This document shows positions 47,016 to 58,640 of a stretch of DNA of 64,000 bases, in pieces (the first letter of the stretch is position 1; every line of letters begins with the position of its first letter). Source of the stretch: Acidobacteriota bacterium (GTDB lineage: Bacteria > Acidobacteriota > UBA890); the NCBI GenBank assembly GCA_965214245.1, contig CBDCBL010000009.1:961422-1025421 (forward strand), in the 5' to 3' direction. A program made the position numbers and the translations under genes. Below the pieces are notes generated by a model. That model saw only the letters and a list, made by a program, of their open reading frames with translations. It had not been told where the DNA came from and searched no databases.

Positions 47016-48254
47016 CTAACGCTCGCCGACGGCCGTTTCGAGAGCCCGGTCCAGATCGCCGATCAAGTCGTCGACGTTTTCGATGCCGACCGAAAGCCGC
47101 ACCAAGCCTTCGGTGATTCCCATGTAGCCACGCCGCTCTTCCGGGAGATGCCGGTGGGAGGTCATCGCTGGAATCAGCACCAGACTCTCCAAATCGCCGA
47201 GCGTGCTCACCGGTCGCCACAGTTCGAGCGTGTCGAGGAAGCGGCGCGTCGTCTCGCCGGTTGCGCCGACGATCTCGAAGGCGACCAGGGAGCCGTAGTG
47301 GCCGTGCGGGAACAGACGCTCGAGCGTCGCCTGTTCGCGCGGGTTGTCGCGGCGTCCGACTCCCGGGTAGTGAACCTGCTCGACAGTATGATGCGTATTC
47401 AGGTGGGCGGCGATCTGTTGCGTATTGGTGCACTGGCGCTCGACACGCAGCGGCAGCGTGCGTATGCCGCGCAATACCAGCCAGGCGGTAAACGGATCCG
47501 CGATCGTGCCGTCGAGCTTGCGCCGCGCCTTGGCAGCTTCGATGAGCTCAGCGGATCCCGACAGGACCCCGGCGACGACGTCCCCGTGACCGCCGAGAAA
47601 CTTGGTGGCCGAATGCGCGACCAGCGTCACCCCGTGCTCGATGGGCCGCAGCAAGCAAGGTGGCGTGAACGTGGCGTCGACGATCAACGGCACGTGGGTG
47701 TCACGACAAGCCGGACCCAAAGAATCGAGGTCGACAAGGTAGGTCAGCGGATTCGACAAGGACTCGCAATACACAGCCGCCGGCGCCTCGTCGCGCACCG
47801 ACTTCGAGGTAAACGAGCGGTCGGCAAAGTCGACGTAGACAATCTGCCAGTCGTTGCGCTCGGCTTCCCGCTCCAGCCAGGTAATCGTGGTGCCGTACAG
47901 GTCACGGGCCGTCAATATCTTGGAGCCTCGCGGCAGGTCGAGGGCAGCGAAGGCGCCGGCGATCGCCGCCATGCCGGACGAGTACGCCGCCGCGCTTTCA
48001 GCCCCTTCGAGGTCGGCGATCGCCGCTTCGAGCGCGTCGACCGTCGGGTTGTGGTAGCGGCCGTAGACGTAACCGCTGCGCTCGCCGGCGTAGACCTTGT
48101 CGATCGCGTCGGCGCTGTTCTGCTCGAACGCGGAGCTGGCGTAGATCGGCGTGGAGGTCGGCGTACCGACAGCGGGCTCTACGTCCTTGCCGGCTCGCAC
48201 GGCGCGGGTGTCGAAGTGCCGGGTACGGCCCTCGTCGCCCGCTGTGTCGCTCAC
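47016..48254 (-). CDS. Cys/Met-metabolism PLP-dependent enzyme (cystathionine gamma-synthase / O-acylhomoserine sulfhydrylase-like).
   Basis: 'PIYASSAFE' at the N-terminus, the PLP-lysine motif '[18 protein letters not shown]', and 'VHYPG' at the C-terminus. The ORF's Arg-rich N-terminal extension was rejected. The start is taken at the GTG near 48254, adjacent to the sucD stop. Confidence 0.8.
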   Translation of the reverse strand: MSDTAGDEGRTRHFDTRAVRAGKDVEPAVGTPTSTPIYASSAFEQNSADAIDKVYAGERSGYVYGRYHNPTVDALEAAIADLEGAESAAAYSSGMAAIAGAFAALDLPRGSKILTARDLYGTTITWLEREAERNDWQIVYVDFADRSFTSKSVRDEAPAAVYCESLSNPLTYLVDLDSLGPACRDTHVPLIVDATFTPPCLLRPIEHGVTLVAHSATKFLGGHGDVVAGVLSGSAELIEAAKARRKLDGTIADPFTAWLVLRGIRTLPLRVERQCTNTQQIAAHLNTHHTVEQVHYPGVGRRDNPREQATLERLFPHGHYGSLVAFEIVGATGETTRRFLDTLELWRPVSTLGDLESLVLIPAMTSHRHLPEERRGYMGITEGLVRLSVGIENVDDLIGDLDRALETAVGER

Positions 48255-49147
48255 CCGGTGTCCGTACCCTCGCCGGTGCCGAGAATGTCGCCCATCGTCG
48301 CGCCGATGGCCGCCGGGCTCTCGACCACGGTGGCTCCCGCCTCGGACAGAACCTTCATCTTCTCGTCGGCGGTGCCTTTGCCACCGGCGATGATGGCGCC
48401 GGCGTGACCCATGCGCTTGCCCGGTGGCGCGGTGCGTCCGGCAATGAACGCGACGACGGGCAAAGGGTAGTCGTCGGCCAGATAGGCCGCCGCCTCTTCT
48501 TCCGCCGTTCCGCCGATTTCGCCGATCAACACGACCCCGTTGGTTTGCTCGTCCTCGGCAAACATCTCGAGGCAATCCTTGAACGTCGTACCGATAACGG
48601 GATCACCCCCGATTCCTACGGAGGTCGACTGGCCCAAACCTACGCGGGTCAGCTGGTCGACGGCCTCATATGTGAGGGTGCCGCTCCGCGAGATTACGCC
48701 CACAGACCCCTCCTGGTGGACGAATCCAGGCATTATGCCGACCTTACACTGCCCCGGCGAAATCACGCCGGGGCAGTTGGGCCCGACTAGGCGGGTGCCC
48801 CGATCGCGGCAGTAGGCGACCGTGTCGACCATGTCGAGCGTCGGAATGCCTTCGGTGATGCAGATCGCCAAGCGTACGCCGGCGCCGGCCGCCTCCATCA
48901 CCGCGTCGGCGGCAAAAGCCGGCGGCACGAAGATCAGCGACACATCGGCGCCCGTCTCGCCCACCGCCCTCTCGACGGTGTCGAACACCGGCACCGAAGC
49001 CTCGAAATTCTGACCGCCCTTGCCGGGCGTGACGCCCGCGACGATCTGCGTGCCGTACTCGATGCACTGCTTGGCGTGGAACGAACCTTCGGATCCCGTG
49101 ATGCCCTGCACCACAACCTTGCTGTCGGCGTGAACCAGGATGCTCAT
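48251..49147 (-). CDS. sucD: Succinate--CoA ligase, alpha subunit.
   Basis: '[17 protein letters not shown]', the CoA-binding region and the phosphohistidine loop 'GHAGAII' are present. Confidence 0.9.
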   Translation of the reverse strand: MSILVHADSKVVVQGITGSEGSFHAKQCIEYGTQIVAGVTPGKGGQNFEASVPVFDTVERAVGETGADVSLIFVPPAFAADAVMEAAGAGVRLAICITEGIPTLDMVDTVAYCRDRGTRLVGPNCPGVISPGQCKVGIMPGFVHQEGSVGVISRSGTLTYEAVDQLTRVGLGQSTSVGIGGDPVIGTTFKDCLEMFAEDEQTNGVVLIGEIGGTAEEEAAAYLADDYPLPVVAFIAGRTAPPGKRMGHAGAIIAGGKGTADEKMKVLSEAGATVVESPAAIGATMGDILGTGEGTDTG

Positions 49148-50313
49148 CGGCCCGCCTCCACCGCCTTGCGCGCCGCTTCGTCGAGCGTCTCGGCAACGAT
49201 GAACTCCAGCGAAGATTCGTTCAGGAGGGCGCGACCCTCTGCGGCGTTAGTTCCCTGCAGGCGCACGACCACCGGCACGCCAACCTTTATCTGATCGATC
49301 GCCTCGATGATGCCCTTGGCAACGCGATCGCCTCGCACGATGCCTCCGAAGATATTGATCAGCACGCTGTTGAGCTTCGGCGCCTGCATCAGGATCTTGA
49401 AAGCTGCCGCAACACGATCCACCGACGCCCCGCCGCCGACGTCGAGGAAATTCGCCGGCGACCCGCCGGCCAGCAGAATCTCGTCCATCGTCGACATCGC
49501 CAGCCCGGCGCCGTTGACCATGCAACCAACCGTCCCATCGAGCGAGATGTACGAGAGGTCGTGCTCGGCTGCGGCAACTTCGAGCGCGTCGTCTTCGCTC
49601 CGGTCGCGGAGCTCCTCGAGATCGGGGCGCCGGAACAACGCGTTGTCGTCGATGTTGATTTTGGCGTCCAGCGCCATGACCTCACCGTCTCCGGTCACCA
49701 CCAACGGGTTGATCTCGGCCAGGGAGGCATCGAGATCGCAAAACATGGCGGCGAGCTTCTCGATGATCGCCGCGGCGCCGCGCTGCGTTTTGCCGCTCAG
49801 TCCGAGACGGAACGCCAGGCGCGAGGCCTCGTACGCTTGCAGCCTCCAACCCGGCGCGATCCACTCGTTGTAGATCGCATCAGGCGTGTTGGCCGCAACC
49901 TCTTCGATCTCCACGCCGCCCTCGGACGAGGCGATGATTACCGGACAGCGGCGCGAGCGGTCGATGGTGATGCCGAGGTACAGCTCGTTGGCGATATCGA
50001 TACCGCCCTCGACCAAGACGCGACGGACGTTGACACCGTCGGCCCCGGTCTGCGGCGTGACGAGCCGGGTACCGAGCATCGCCCCGGCCAGCTCTCCGGC
50101 TTCTTCGGGAGCCTTGGCGATCTTGATGCCACCGCCCTTGCCGCGGCCGCCGGCGTGCACCTGGGCCTTGACCGCGAAGATTTCGTAGCCCTGCTCGGCG
50201 AGCATTGCGGCGGCGGCCACCGCGGCGGCGGCGCTGTCGGCGACGGCGCTCTCGGGCACGGGGACCCCGAATTGGCGCAGCAGCGCCTTTGACTGGAATT
50301 CGTGAAGCTTCAA
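49144..50313 (-). CDS. sucC: Succinate--CoA ligase, beta subunit.
   Basis: '[20 protein letters not shown]' and an ATP-grasp fold. There is a 4-nt overlap with sucD. Confidence 0.9.
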   Translation of the reverse strand: MKLHEFQSKALLRQFGVPVPESAVADSAAAAVAAAAMLAEQGYEIFAVKAQVHAGGRGKGGGIKIAKAPEEAGELAGAMLGTRLVTPQTGADGVNVRRVLVEGGIDIANELYLGITIDRSRRCPVIIASSEGGVEIEEVAANTPDAIYNEWIAPGWRLQAYEASRLAFRLGLSGKTQRGAAAIIEKLAAMFCDLDASLAEINPLVVTGDGEVMALDAKINIDDNALFRRPDLEELRDRSEDDALEVAAAEHDLSYISLDGTVGCMVNGAGLAMSTMDEILLAGGSPANFLDVGGGASVDRVAAAFKILMQAPKLNSVLINIFGGIVRGDRVAKGIIEAIDQIKVGVPVVVRLQGTNAAEGRALLNESSLEFIVAETLDEAARKAVEAGR

Positions 50314-50472
50314 CGTTGCGACAGTAGGTTGGGCCAGCGGTGATAGGCGGCCGCCGCGATGCCGATCTTGATGGCATCACCCGGAAAATCACTCGGAGCG
50401 AGGCTACCCAGGTGCGGTGTGTCGGTCAAGTTGCCCTCGCCCGCAAGACCCACGCGCCAGACCCATCACCCT

Positions 50473-50491
50473 TTCACCACGGCCTGCTAGG
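50473..50491. repeat. Copy 2 of the 19-bp exact repeat TTCACCACGGCCTGCTAGG. It overlaps the TAG stop of the DAHP synthase gene, in the 170-bp gap before sucC.
   Basis: Identical 19-mer at 22483-22501. Confidence 0.6.
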
Positions 50492-51506
50492 CTATCGATC
50501 TTCCCAGCGCCGGCGCGATCTGCCGCAGCTGCTCCATGAGCTCCTCGAACTGCTCGGGGTAGAGCGACTGGGGACCGTCCGACATGGCCTTCTCCGGGTT
50601 CGGGTGGACCTCGATCATCAGCCCGTCGGCGCCCGCCGCCACGGCGGCACGGGCCAACGGCGCCACCTTGTCGCGAATGCCGGTCGCGTGGCTCGGATCG
50701 GCGATGATCGGCAAGTGTGTCACCTGCTGCACCACCGGAATCGCCGAGACATCGAACGTGTTGCGCAGGGCGGTCTCGAACGTTCGGATACCGCGCTCGC
50801 AGAAGACCACCTTGTGGTTGCCGCCGGCCAGGATGTACTCCGCCGACATCAGCATCTCTTCGATGGTCGCCGACAACCCGCGCTTCAACAGCACCGGCTT
50901 GTCGACCTTGCCCAGAGCCTTGAGCAACGAGAAGTTCTGCATGTTGCGGGCGCCGACCTGGAAGATGTCGACATATTCGCTCATCAATTCGACCTGCGAG
51001 GTGTCCATGACCTCCGACACCGTGCCCATGCCGTGCGCATCGGCAGCCTCGCGCAGGAAACGAAGCCCTTCGCCGCCCAGCCCTTGAAACGAGTACGGCG
51101 ATGTACGCGGCTTGTAGGCGCCGCCACGCAACACTTTGGCGCCGGCCTTGGCAACGATCTCGGCGACCTGGTGGATCTGTTCTTCGCCTTCTATCGAGCA
51201 GGGGCCGGCCATCACCACCACGGATTCATCGCCGATGCGCGCGCCATCGATCGAAATCACCGAGTTCTCGGCCCGAAACGAGCGCGACACCAGCTTGTAC
51301 GGCTTGCTGATGCGGAAGACTTCCTTGACGCCGTCGAGAACCTCGAGCTCGCGAGGATCGACCTCTTCAACGTTACCCCCTACCGCACCAACCACCGTGC
51401 GCTCGGCCCCGCTGGATCGGTGGGCGTCGAAGCCGAGCGCCGTCAACCGTTGAATGACGTGTTCGATCTGGGGCTCCGAGGCGCCCTGTCTCATGACAAT
51501 GACCAT
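50487..51506 (-). CDS. 3-deoxy-7-phosphoheptulonate (DAHP) synthase, type I-beta, with an N-terminal regulatory domain.
   Basis: DAHPS-family barrel motifs are present: '[10 protein letters not shown]', '[18 protein letters not shown]', 'VGARNMQNF', 'KRG'. The start is taken at 'MVIVMRQG'. Confidence 0.85.
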   Translation of the reverse strand: MVIVMRQGASEPQIEHVIQRLTALGFDAHRSSGAERTVVGAVGGNVEEVDPRELEVLDGVKEVFRISKPYKLVSRSFRAENSVISIDGARIGDESVVVMAGPCSIEGEEQIHQVAEIVAKAGAKVLRGGAYKPRTSPYSFQGLGGEGLRFLREAADAHGMGTVSEVMDTSQVELMSEYVDIFQVGARNMQNFSLLKALGKVDKPVLLKRGLSATIEEMLMSAEYILAGGNHKVVFCERGIRTFETALRNTFDVSAIPVVQQVTHLPIIADPSHATGIRDKVAPLARAAVAAGADGLMIEVHPNPEKAMSDGPQSLYPEQFEELMEQLRQIAPALGRSIA

Positions 51507-51549
51507 GCCGTTTCCTCCCAGCCCCCGCACGAGAGCTTTCGTTATCGTG

Positions 51550-51858
51550 TCAACTCTTGTCATCGCTCTTGTGAACAAATCTTTCGAGGCGCCGCGCCTC
51601 ATCGAGGATGCGCTCGAAAAGACGCCGGATGGCGCCGTCATCGAGCGGGCCCTTATTGGCGGCGACCACGCTTTCGAAGATCTTCTCTTCCCGATCCGGC
51701 TGATAAACAGCCTCGCCCAGGACCTCCTTGGCGTCGCCGATGCGCTGCACGTGCGTCGCCCGCTCGCTCAGCAGACGCACGATCTCCTGGTCGATTTTGT
51801 CGATTTCGACGCGGGCCGCGTCGATCGCGCTGGGCGCGCTATCCTTCGGATCGTTCAT
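51550..51858 (-). CDS. Chorismate mutase (AroQ class).
   Basis: '[26 protein letters not shown]...REEKIFESV' matches AroQ helical-bundle motifs. It sits between trpA and the DAHP synthase gene. Confidence 0.7.
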   Translation of the reverse strand: MNDPKDSAPSAIDAARVEIDKIDQEIVRLLSERATHVQRIGDAKEVLGEAVYQPDREEKIFESVVAANKGPLDDGAIRRLFERILDEARRLERFVHKSDDKS

Positions 51859-52718
51859 GTCTTTGTTCCCCCGCCAGGGTTGTTCGTTTCCGCGAGTTCG
51901 TCTGCCGCGGCACGCAGCGGCGCGAGCACGCGAGCCGCCGCGATGGCCGGATCGTCGCCATCCGCCTCGATTGCGTCAATCAGGGCGCTGCCTACCACGA
52001 CGCCGTCGACGTGTGGTCCCAACGCCGTGACGTGGGCGCCGCGCTTGATGCCGAAACCGACCACGAACGGCTTGACCGCCAGCCGTCGCATCCGCTGCAG
52101 GAATTCTATAGTTCGATCGTCGATAACGCTGCGCGCCCCGGTGACCCCGGTAACGGTGACGCAGTAATTGAAGTGCGTCGACGCCTCGTCGACCTTCAGA
52201 ACGCGATCATCGGGGGCGTTGGGGGCAACCAGAAACGTCGCTGATAAGCCATGTTGCCTGCAGCCTTGCAGGTAATCGGCCGCCTCGTCGGGTGGCAGGT
52301 CGGGGACGATCAGCCCATCGACACCCGCGGCCACGGCGTCGGTGAAAAATCGATCCAAACCGTAGGCGATGAGGGGATTCAGGTATCCCATCAGCACTAC
52401 CGGGGTAATCAAGGCGTCGCCGCGCAACTCGCGTACAACGTCGAGTGTACCCGCCACGGTCGTGCCGTTGCGCAGCGCCACCTCGCTGGAGCGCTGGATG
52501 GTCGGGCCGTCAGCCAGCGGATCGGAGAAGGGCATACCGATCTCGACGATATCGGCGCCGGCTTCAGCCATCGCCGCGACGATGGGTCGGGTTGCGTCGG
52601 CAGTCGGATAACCGGCCGTGACGAACGGGATCACCAGCGGTCTACCAGCCGCGCGACCGGCGGCAAACGCCGCCTCGATGCGCGTGCCGCCTCTCGGTTC
52701 GCTCGTCAGGTCGTTCAT
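51855..52718 (-). CDS. trpA: Tryptophan synthase, alpha subunit.
   Basis: 'IPFVTAGYP...[22 protein letters not shown]' is the canonical TrpA sequence. Confidence 0.9.
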   Translation of the reverse strand: MNDLTSEPRGGTRIEAAFAAGRAAGRPLVIPFVTAGYPTADATRPIVAAMAEAGADIVEIGMPFSDPLADGPTIQRSSEVALRNGTTVAGTLDVVRELRGDALITPVVLMGYLNPLIAYGLDRFFTDAVAAGVDGLIVPDLPPDEAADYLQGCRQHGLSATFLVAPNAPDDRVLKVDEASTHFNYCVTVTGVTGARSVIDDRTIEFLQRMRRLAVKPFVVGFGIKRGAHVTALGPHVDGVVVGSALIDAIEADGDDPAIAAARVLAPLRAAADELAETNNPGGGTKT

Positions 52719-53949
52719 CGACGCAGGTCCTGGTCGGGGTGGGCTTCGAGATGCCCGGCGATGGTCTCGACGTCTTTGTCGCCGCGCCCCGAGAGGCAAA
52801 CGACGATTCGGTCATCGCTGCCGAGCTCGCCACCGGCGGCCATCTCGTAGAGCTTGGCGATGGCGTGGGCGCTCTCCAGCGCCGGGATGATCCCGTCGCC
52901 GCGCGACAGTCGTTGCAGCGCTTCAACGGCCTGCCGGTCGGTAACCGCCGTGTAGGCGACGCGACCCGAGTCCTTCAGGAAGGAGTGCTGCGGCCCGACG
53001 CCGGGATAGTCGAGGCCCGCCGAAATCGAATGCGCCGGTTCCACCTGACCGTCGGCGTTCTGCAGCAAGTACGAGCGCGCACCGTGCAGCACGCCAACCC
53101 GGCCGCGGCACAGGGTGGCGGAGTGTTCGCCGCTGTCGACCCCATGACCAGCGGCCTCCACCCCCATCATGCGGACGTCGTCATCGAGCCACTCGGCGAA
53201 CAAGCCCATCGCGTTGCTGCCACCGCCGACACAGGCGAGAAGCAATGTCGGCGGCGCTTCACCGGCAGCCGCTAGCTGCTCCTTGACCTCGCGACCGATG
53301 ACCGCTTGAAAATCACGTACCAGAGCCGGATACGGGTGCGGGCCGACGACCGAGCCGAGTATGTAGAACGTCGATTCGACGTTCGTTACCCAGTCACGGA
53401 TGGCCTCGTTGGTAGCGTCCTTCAGCGTTCGGCTGCCCGAGGAAACCGGCACCACCCGGGCCCCCAGCAGCTCCATGCGGAACACGTTCAGGCGCTGGCG
53501 GCGCATGTCTTCCTCGCCCATGTACACGGTGCAATCGAGGCCGAACATCGCGGCGACCGTGGCGCTGGCGACACCGTGTTGCCCGGCTCCGGTCTCGGCG
53601 ATGACGCGCTGCTTGCCCATGCGCTGCGCCAGCAGTCCCTGCCCGATCGTGTTGTTGATCTTGTGTGCCCCGGTGTGCAAAAGGTCCTCGCGCTTCAACC
53701 AAACCGCGGCGCCGCCGAGCTCTGCGGCGAGGCCCGGAGCCGCGTACAACGGCGTCGGGCGGCCAGCGTAGTCGCGAAGCAAGAGGTCCAGCCGTTCGTT
53801 GAACCCAGGATCGCACATCGCCTCGGCGTGGGCTTCCTCGAGCTCTACCAGCGCCGGGATCAGCGTCTCGGGGACGTAGCGGCCGCCGAACTCGCCGAAG
53901 CGACCGCCTTCGTCGGGAAGCGATGCGTGCGTGATCGAGTCGCTCATCG
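52715..53949 (-). CDS. trpB: Tryptophan synthase, beta subunit.
   Basis: '[15 protein letters not shown]...[16 protein letters not shown]...GAGQHGVA' is the canonical TrpB sequence. The long upstream ORF extension, which overlaps trpF and trpC, was rejected. Confidence 0.9.
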
Positions 53950-54576
53950 GTAGGCCTCCAGCGCCACGGCGAAGCGGCGTAGCTCGTCGTGGTCTTTGCG
54001 GCCCGGGCTCTCCTCGACGCCGGAGGAAACGTCGATTCCCCATGGCCTCACGCTCTCGACGGCAACGGCCAGGTTGTCGACGTTGAGGCCGCCGGCCAGA
54101 ACGACGCAGTGGGATCCGGCCAGCGCCGCCGCCACCGGCCAGTTGGATTTCTCTCCCGTGCCGCCGTACTCGCCGGGTACCGACGCGTCCAGCAGCAGCG
54201 TGCAGTCCGCGTACGCCGACGCCCGCTCGGCGGCCTCTTCTGCGGAGGTCTCCGTTGACAAGCGCAACGCTTTCCACGACGGGCGGGGCGCCGCGGCACA
54301 GACTTCGGGCGACTCGTCGCCGCTGAGCTGCACGAGGTCGAGCGGCACCCGGGTGGCGGCGGCGGCCAGCTCCTCGATGGACGCGTCGACAAACACACCG
54401 ACCTTGTGCACGGACTCGGGCACCTGCCGCGCGACTTCCGCCGCGGTATCGAGATCGATGAGCCGCGGGCTGTGCGGCCAGAACACGAAGCCCAGAGCGT
54501 TGGCGCCGGCAGCCACTGCGGCGCGGGCGTCGGCCTCGTTGGTAATGCCGCAGACCTTCCAGTACAAGCCGCTCAT
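53944..54576 (-). CDS. trpF: Phosphoribosylanthranilate isomerase.
   Basis: '[32 protein letters not shown]' is typical of TrpF. Confidence 0.85.
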   Translation of the reverse strand: MSGLYWKVCGITNEADARAAVAAGANALGFVFWPHSPRLIDLDTAAEVARQVPESVHKVGVFVDASIEELAAAATRVPLDLVQLSGDESPEVCAAAPRPSWKALRLSTETSAEEAAERASAYADCTLLLDASVPGEYGGTGEKSNWPVAAALAGSHCVVLAGGLNVDNLAVAVESVRPWGIDVSSGVEESPGRKDHDELRRFAVALEAYR

Positions 54577-55442
54577 AGCAAGTGCGCCCCCTCGAACGGA
54601 CCCGGGGTCGATGCCTCACTCGCCACCTCAGACTCGGCCGCAGCGGCGCCCGCATCGACGAGCTCGCGCAGAATATCGCCCGGCTCCTCCGCCGTGACCA
54701 GCGCCGTGCCCACGAGCACGGCGTCGAATCGGGCCGCGGCGACGCGGCCAACGTCAGCCGCCGCCGAGATTGCACTCTCCGCCACCGAAACGACGTCGCC
54801 CGGCAACTCCTCCGCCAGCCTGATCGCGTGCTCGGAGTCGACCTCCATGGTGTCGAGATTGCGATTGTTGATGCCCACCAAACCGCTTGCCGCTTGCACC
54901 GCGGGTACCAACAACTCGGGACGATGAAACTCCACCAACGCATCGAGACCGACGCTATGCGCCGCCTCGACGAACTCCGCGAGGGCTGCGCCGTCGAGCA
55001 GCTCGGCGATCAGCAGCACGGCCGAGGCTCCGGCGCTCGCCGCGCGGAAAATCTGGTACAGCTCGACAACGAAGTCCTTGCGTAACGTGGGCAGCTCGAG
55101 GCTGGCGCTAACCGCCTCCAGATGATTGATCGAGCCGGCGAAAAATTGCTCCTCCGTGAGCACGGAAATCGCCGCCGCGCCGCCGTCAGCGTAGCAGGTC
55201 GCCAGCTCGAGGGGCTCGAAGGGATCGCGCAACGTGCCGCTGAGCGGGCTCGCGCCCTTCACCTCGGCGATCACCGAAACGCCGGGCGGCCGCAGGGCAG
55301 CTCGGAATCTGCCGGGACCGCCGCTGCGCGCTCCCAGCGCTTCGGTCTCGCTGCGCAATGCGGCTTCCGACACATGCCCCCGTTGGCGCGCGGTGGTAAA
55401 CCGCGCCGCCTCGACGAGATCGGACAGGTGCAAGCGGCTCAC
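54573..55442 (-). CDS. trpC: Indole-3-glycerol-phosphate synthase.
   Basis: '[13 protein letters not shown]', 'LRKDF', 'LLIA' and 'GINNRNL' are IGPS signatures. Confidence 0.85.
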   Translation of the reverse strand: MSRLHLSDLVEAARFTTARQRGHVSEAALRSETEALGARSGGPGRFRAALRPPGVSVIAEVKGASPLSGTLRDPFEPLELATCYADGGAAAISVLTEEQFFAGSINHLEAVSASLELPTLRKDFVVELYQIFRAASAGASAVLLIAELLDGAALAEFVEAAHSVGLDALVEFHRPELLVPAVQAASGLVGINNRNLDTMEVDSEHAIRLAEELPGDVVSVAESAISAAADVGRVAAARFDAVLVGTALVTAEEPGDILRELVDAGAAAAESEVASEASTPGPFEGAHLL

Positions 55443-56458
55443 GCTACCGCCTCGCCGGTCGCCCGGATCAGCTGGTCGAGTCGCTCGCCTGCTTCGCCGC
55501 TGTCAATCGCGCCCCGGGCCATTTCCAGCCCCTGCGCCAGATCGGCGGCGGAACCACTCGCGTAGATCGCGGCGCCGGCATTCAGCAGCACGATATCGGC
55601 GTGCGGTCCCGGCTCGCCATCGAGAATCCGGCGCACCACGGCGGCATTTTCCTCGCCATCGCCTCCGGCCACCTGCTCCGCCGTTGCCCGTGGCAAACCC
55701 AGATTCTCGGCGTCAATCTCATACGTACGGACGTCCACCCCATCCCACTCGGCAACGCGGCTGGGACCGAGTGTCGACAGCTCGTCGAGCCCACCGGCGC
55801 CGTGAACCACGAGTGCCCGAACCGCACCTAGCTCGCCCAGCACCCGGGCCAGGGTCTCGGTCAGTGTGCCGTCGTACACGCCGACGAGCTGGCGGCGCGC
55901 CCCGGCCGGGTTGGTGAGCGGACCGAGCACGTTGAATATCGTGCGGATCGCCAGCTCCCGGCGCGGTCCGACGGCATGCTTCATCGCCGGGTGCTGGAAC
56001 GGCGCGAAGAGAAAGGCGATCCCCACCTCGTCGAGGATTCGTGCCTGCCGCCCTGGATCGTCGATCAACGTCACGCCGAGCGCTTCGAGCACATCGGCGC
56101 TGCCGCATTTGCTCGATACCCCACGGTTGCCATGCTTGGCCATGCGTACGCCGGCGCCCGCGGCGACGAGCGCCGCGGCAGTCGAGACGTTGATCGTCCC
56201 GGCACCATCGCCGCCGGTTCCCGCCGTGTCGACGAGATCGTCGGTGGCGACCTCGACACGAACGGCAGCGGCGCGCATCGCCTCGGCGCTGCCGGCGATC
56301 TCATCGACGGTTTCGCCCTTCATGCGCAGCGCCACGAGGTAGCCGGCCACCTGCGCCGGCGTGGCATCGCCTTGCATGATCGTTTGCATCGCCGCGCGTG
56401 CCTCCTCGCGCGTCAGATCGACGCCGCGCACCGCACTGTCGATGGCCGTCTCGAGCAT
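55439..56458 (-). CDS. trpD: Anthranilate phosphoribosyltransferase.
   Basis: 'DTAGTGGDGAGTINVSTAAALVAAGAG...AKHGNRGVSSKCGSADVLEALG' is typical of TrpD. Confidence 0.9.
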   Translation of the reverse strand: MLETAIDSAVRGVDLTREEARAAMQTIMQGDATPAQVAGYLVALRMKGETVDEIAGSAEAMRAAAVRVEVATDDLVDTAGTGGDGAGTINVSTAAALVAAGAGVRMAKHGNRGVSSKCGSADVLEALGVTLIDDPGRQARILDEVGIAFLFAPFQHPAMKHAVGPRRELAIRTIFNVLGPLTNPAGARRQLVGVYDGTLTETLARVLGELGAVRALVVHGAGGLDELSTLGPSRVAEWDGVDVRTYEIDAENLGLPRATAEQVAGGDGEENAAVVRRILDGEPGPHADIVLLNAGAAIYASGSAADLAQGLEMARGAIDSGEAGERLDQLIRATGEAVA

Positions 56459-56463
56459 CGCGC

Positions 56464-57078
56464 TTATTCCCCTCCGCCGGCAGATCGATTGACGGAGGCG
56501 GGCTCCGCCGCGCCCGCGGCGATCAAGAAATTCCGCAGCATTTGCGGACCGTCGGGCGTGGCGATCGATTCCGGATGAAACTGCACGCCGTACAGTGGCC
56601 ACTTACTGTGCCGGATGCCCATCACCAACCCTTCGTCGGTCCAGGCGGTGACCTCGAGCTGCTCCGGAAGCCGGTCGCGCTCGACGACCAGCGAATGGTA
56701 GCGCGCCGCCTCCAAAGGTTCGGGCAGGCCGGCGAACAAACCGTCGCCGTTGTGATGCACCTGGCCCGTCTTGCCGTGCACCACCACGGGAGCACGCTGC
56801 ACGACGCCGCCCAGAGTCGCCGCGATCACCTGGTGCCCCAAGCAAACCCCGAGTGTGGGCACCGTCGGCCCCAGATGTTCGACGAGCTCGCAGCAACAGC
56901 CCGCGTCCTCGGGCCGCCCGGGACCCGGCGACATGACGATCGCGTCGGGGGCCAGCTCGCGAACAGCGTCGACGTCGACCGCGTCGTTGCGGCGCACGTC
57001 GACGTCGACACCGAGCTCGCCGAAGGCCTGCACGAGGTTGAACGTGAACGAGTCGTAGTTGTCGATGACCAGGATCAT
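56464..57078 (-). CDS. trpG: Anthranilate synthase component II (glutamine amidotransferase).
   Basis: 'MILVIDNYDSFTFNLVQ...GVCLGHQ...HSL' gives the class-I glutamine amidotransferase triad. Confidence 0.85.
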   Translation of the reverse strand: MILVIDNYDSFTFNLVQAFGELGVDVDVRRNDAVDVDAVRELAPDAIVMSPGPGRPEDAGCCCELVEHLGPTVPTLGVCLGHQVIAATLGGVVQRAPVVVHGKTGQVHHNGDGLFAGLPEPLEAARYHSLVVERDRLPEQLEVTAWTDEGLVMGIRHSKWPLYGVQFHPESIATPDGPQMLRNFLIAAGAAEPASVNRSAGGGE

Positions 57079-58640
57079 GACGAGACTACGCTGTCGAGGT
57101 TTTCGGGCGGTGCCACGGTCGCCTCTTCGGCCTCGGTGGCCCAGGCCAGGGCCTGCAACGCCGCCGCCGCCTTCTGGTTGGTCTCGTCGTACTCGCGCGT
57201 CGGCACCGAGTCGGTGACAATGCCGGCACCGGCCTGCACGTGCGCGCGGCCGTCCTTCATGACGATCGTGCGGATGGCGATACACGAATCGAGATTGCCG
57301 GCGAAATCCGCGTACAAGATGGCCCCCGCGTACACACCGCGGGCCTGGGGCTCGAGGTCGTCGATGATCTCCATCGCGCGGATCTTCGGCGCACCACTCA
57401 CCGTACCCGCGGGGAAAGCGGCGAACAGCGCCTCGAATGGGCCGAGCTCCGACCGCAGCATCCCCTTGACGCTGGAGACGATATGCATGACGTGCGAATA
57501 GCGCTCCACGATCATGTACTCCGGCACCTCGACGGTACCGTATTCGGCCACCCGGCCGACATCGTTGCGACCCAGGTCGATGAGCATCAGATGCTCGGCG
57601 CATTCCTTTTCGTTGGCGAGAAGTTCCGCTTCCAGCTCTTGGTCCGCGGCGGGATTCGCGCCGCGCGGCCGGGTGCCGGCGATCGGCCGATTCTCTACCA
57701 CGCCGCCGCTGACCCGCACCAACATTTCGGGTGACGAACCGACGATGTGGGCGTCGCCGGTATCGAGCAGGAACATATACGGCGACGGATTGATGGCACG
57801 CAACGCCCGATACACGCTCAGCGGCGGCGCCGTCGTGCGGCGGCTGAGGCGCCGCGACAGCACGATCTGAAACGCGTCGCCGGCAGCAATGAGCTCCTGG
57901 GCGGCGCTCACCACGTCGCAGAATTCATCGTGTCCGAGGCTCTCGTCGACGTCTTCGCCGATCTCGAGGTCGATCCCCGTTCGATCGCCATGGATCCGAT
58001 CGAGCGGTGCCGCGTCGCGCGGCTCAGCGTCGAGCACCGCCGACAGCTCCCCCAACCGGTCGATTGCCTGCTCGTACGCGCGGCGCAGCTCGGTTTCGCC
58101 GGCGCCGGCCTCGATGCGTGCGTTGGCCACCAGAACGACGCGATGGCGCAGGTGGTCGAAGGCCAGCACCGTGTCGTAGTAAGCGAGGCTTACCCACGGC
58201 ATGTCGGGATCGGACGAATTGGCAGCCGGGATGCGTTCGACCCAACGGACGGCGTCGTAGCCAATGTAGCCCACGGCACCGCCGGTAAACGGCGGAGCTC
58301 CCGGGGCCGGCTCGGCACGATACCGGAGCTGCAAAGCGGCCAGCGCCTCTACGGGGTCGCCCTCGATGCGTCGCTCGGTGCCGTCCGGTTGGCGCTCTGT
58401 CAGCCCATCGGCATCACCCTCGACCTCGAGAAACGGATCGCCCCCCAGAAACGAATAGCGCCCGATGTGCTCGCCGCCCTCGGCGCTCTCCAGCAGGAAC
58501 GGGCGTCGCAAGCGACCGATGATGCGCAGGTAGGCGCCAACCGGCGTCAGCAGGTCGGCCAGGCGCTCGGCGCACACGGGCACGAAGTTCCCCCGTTTCG
58601 CCGCGGCGGCGAAGTCTTCGAAATCCGGGAACACACGCAT
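57075..58640 (-). CDS. trpE: Anthranilate synthase component I.
   Basis: '...FQIVLSRR...GTRPRG...IDLGRNDVGRV...GAPKIRAMEIIDDLE' are chorismate-binding enzyme motifs. The start is taken at 'MRVFPDFEDF'. Confidence 0.9.
   Translation of the reverse strand: MRVFPDFEDFAAAAKRGNFVPVCAERLADLLTPVGAYLRIIGRLRRPFLLESAEGGEHIGRYSFLGGDPFLEVEGDADGLTERQPDGTERRIEGDPVEALAALQLRYRAEPAPGAPPFTGGAVGYIGYDAVRWVERIPAANSSDPDMPWVSLAYYDTVLAFDHLRHRVVLVANARIEAGAGETELRRAYEQAIDRLGELSAVLDAEPRDAAPLDRIHGDRTGIDLEIGEDVDESLGHDEFCDVVSAAQELIAAGDAFQIVLSRRLSRRTTAPPLSVYRALRAINPSPYMFLLDTGDAHIVGSSPEMLVRVSGGVVENRPIAGTRPRGANPAADQELEAELLANEKECAEHLMLIDLGRNDVGRVAEYGTVEVPEYMIVERYSHVMHIVSSVKGMLRSELGPFEALFAAFPAGTVSGAPKIRAMEIIDDLEPQARGVYAGAILYADFAGNLDSCIAIRTIVMKDGRAHVQAGAGIVTDSVPTREYDETNQKAAAALQALAWATEAEEATVAPPENLDSVVSS

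Noticed and set aside
52715-54943. A 742-aa ORF covering trpB and extending over trpF and trpC in another frame. The same pattern affects several other ORFs, for example 47016-48575 for metB-like, 56464-57603 for trpG, 57075-58991 for trpE and 24101-25732 for metG.
   Set aside because: The upstream parts are Arg-rich with no similarity to the enzymes. Conserved N-termini ('[27 protein letters not shown]' and so on) give normal-length proteins with 4-nt overlaps to their neighbours.
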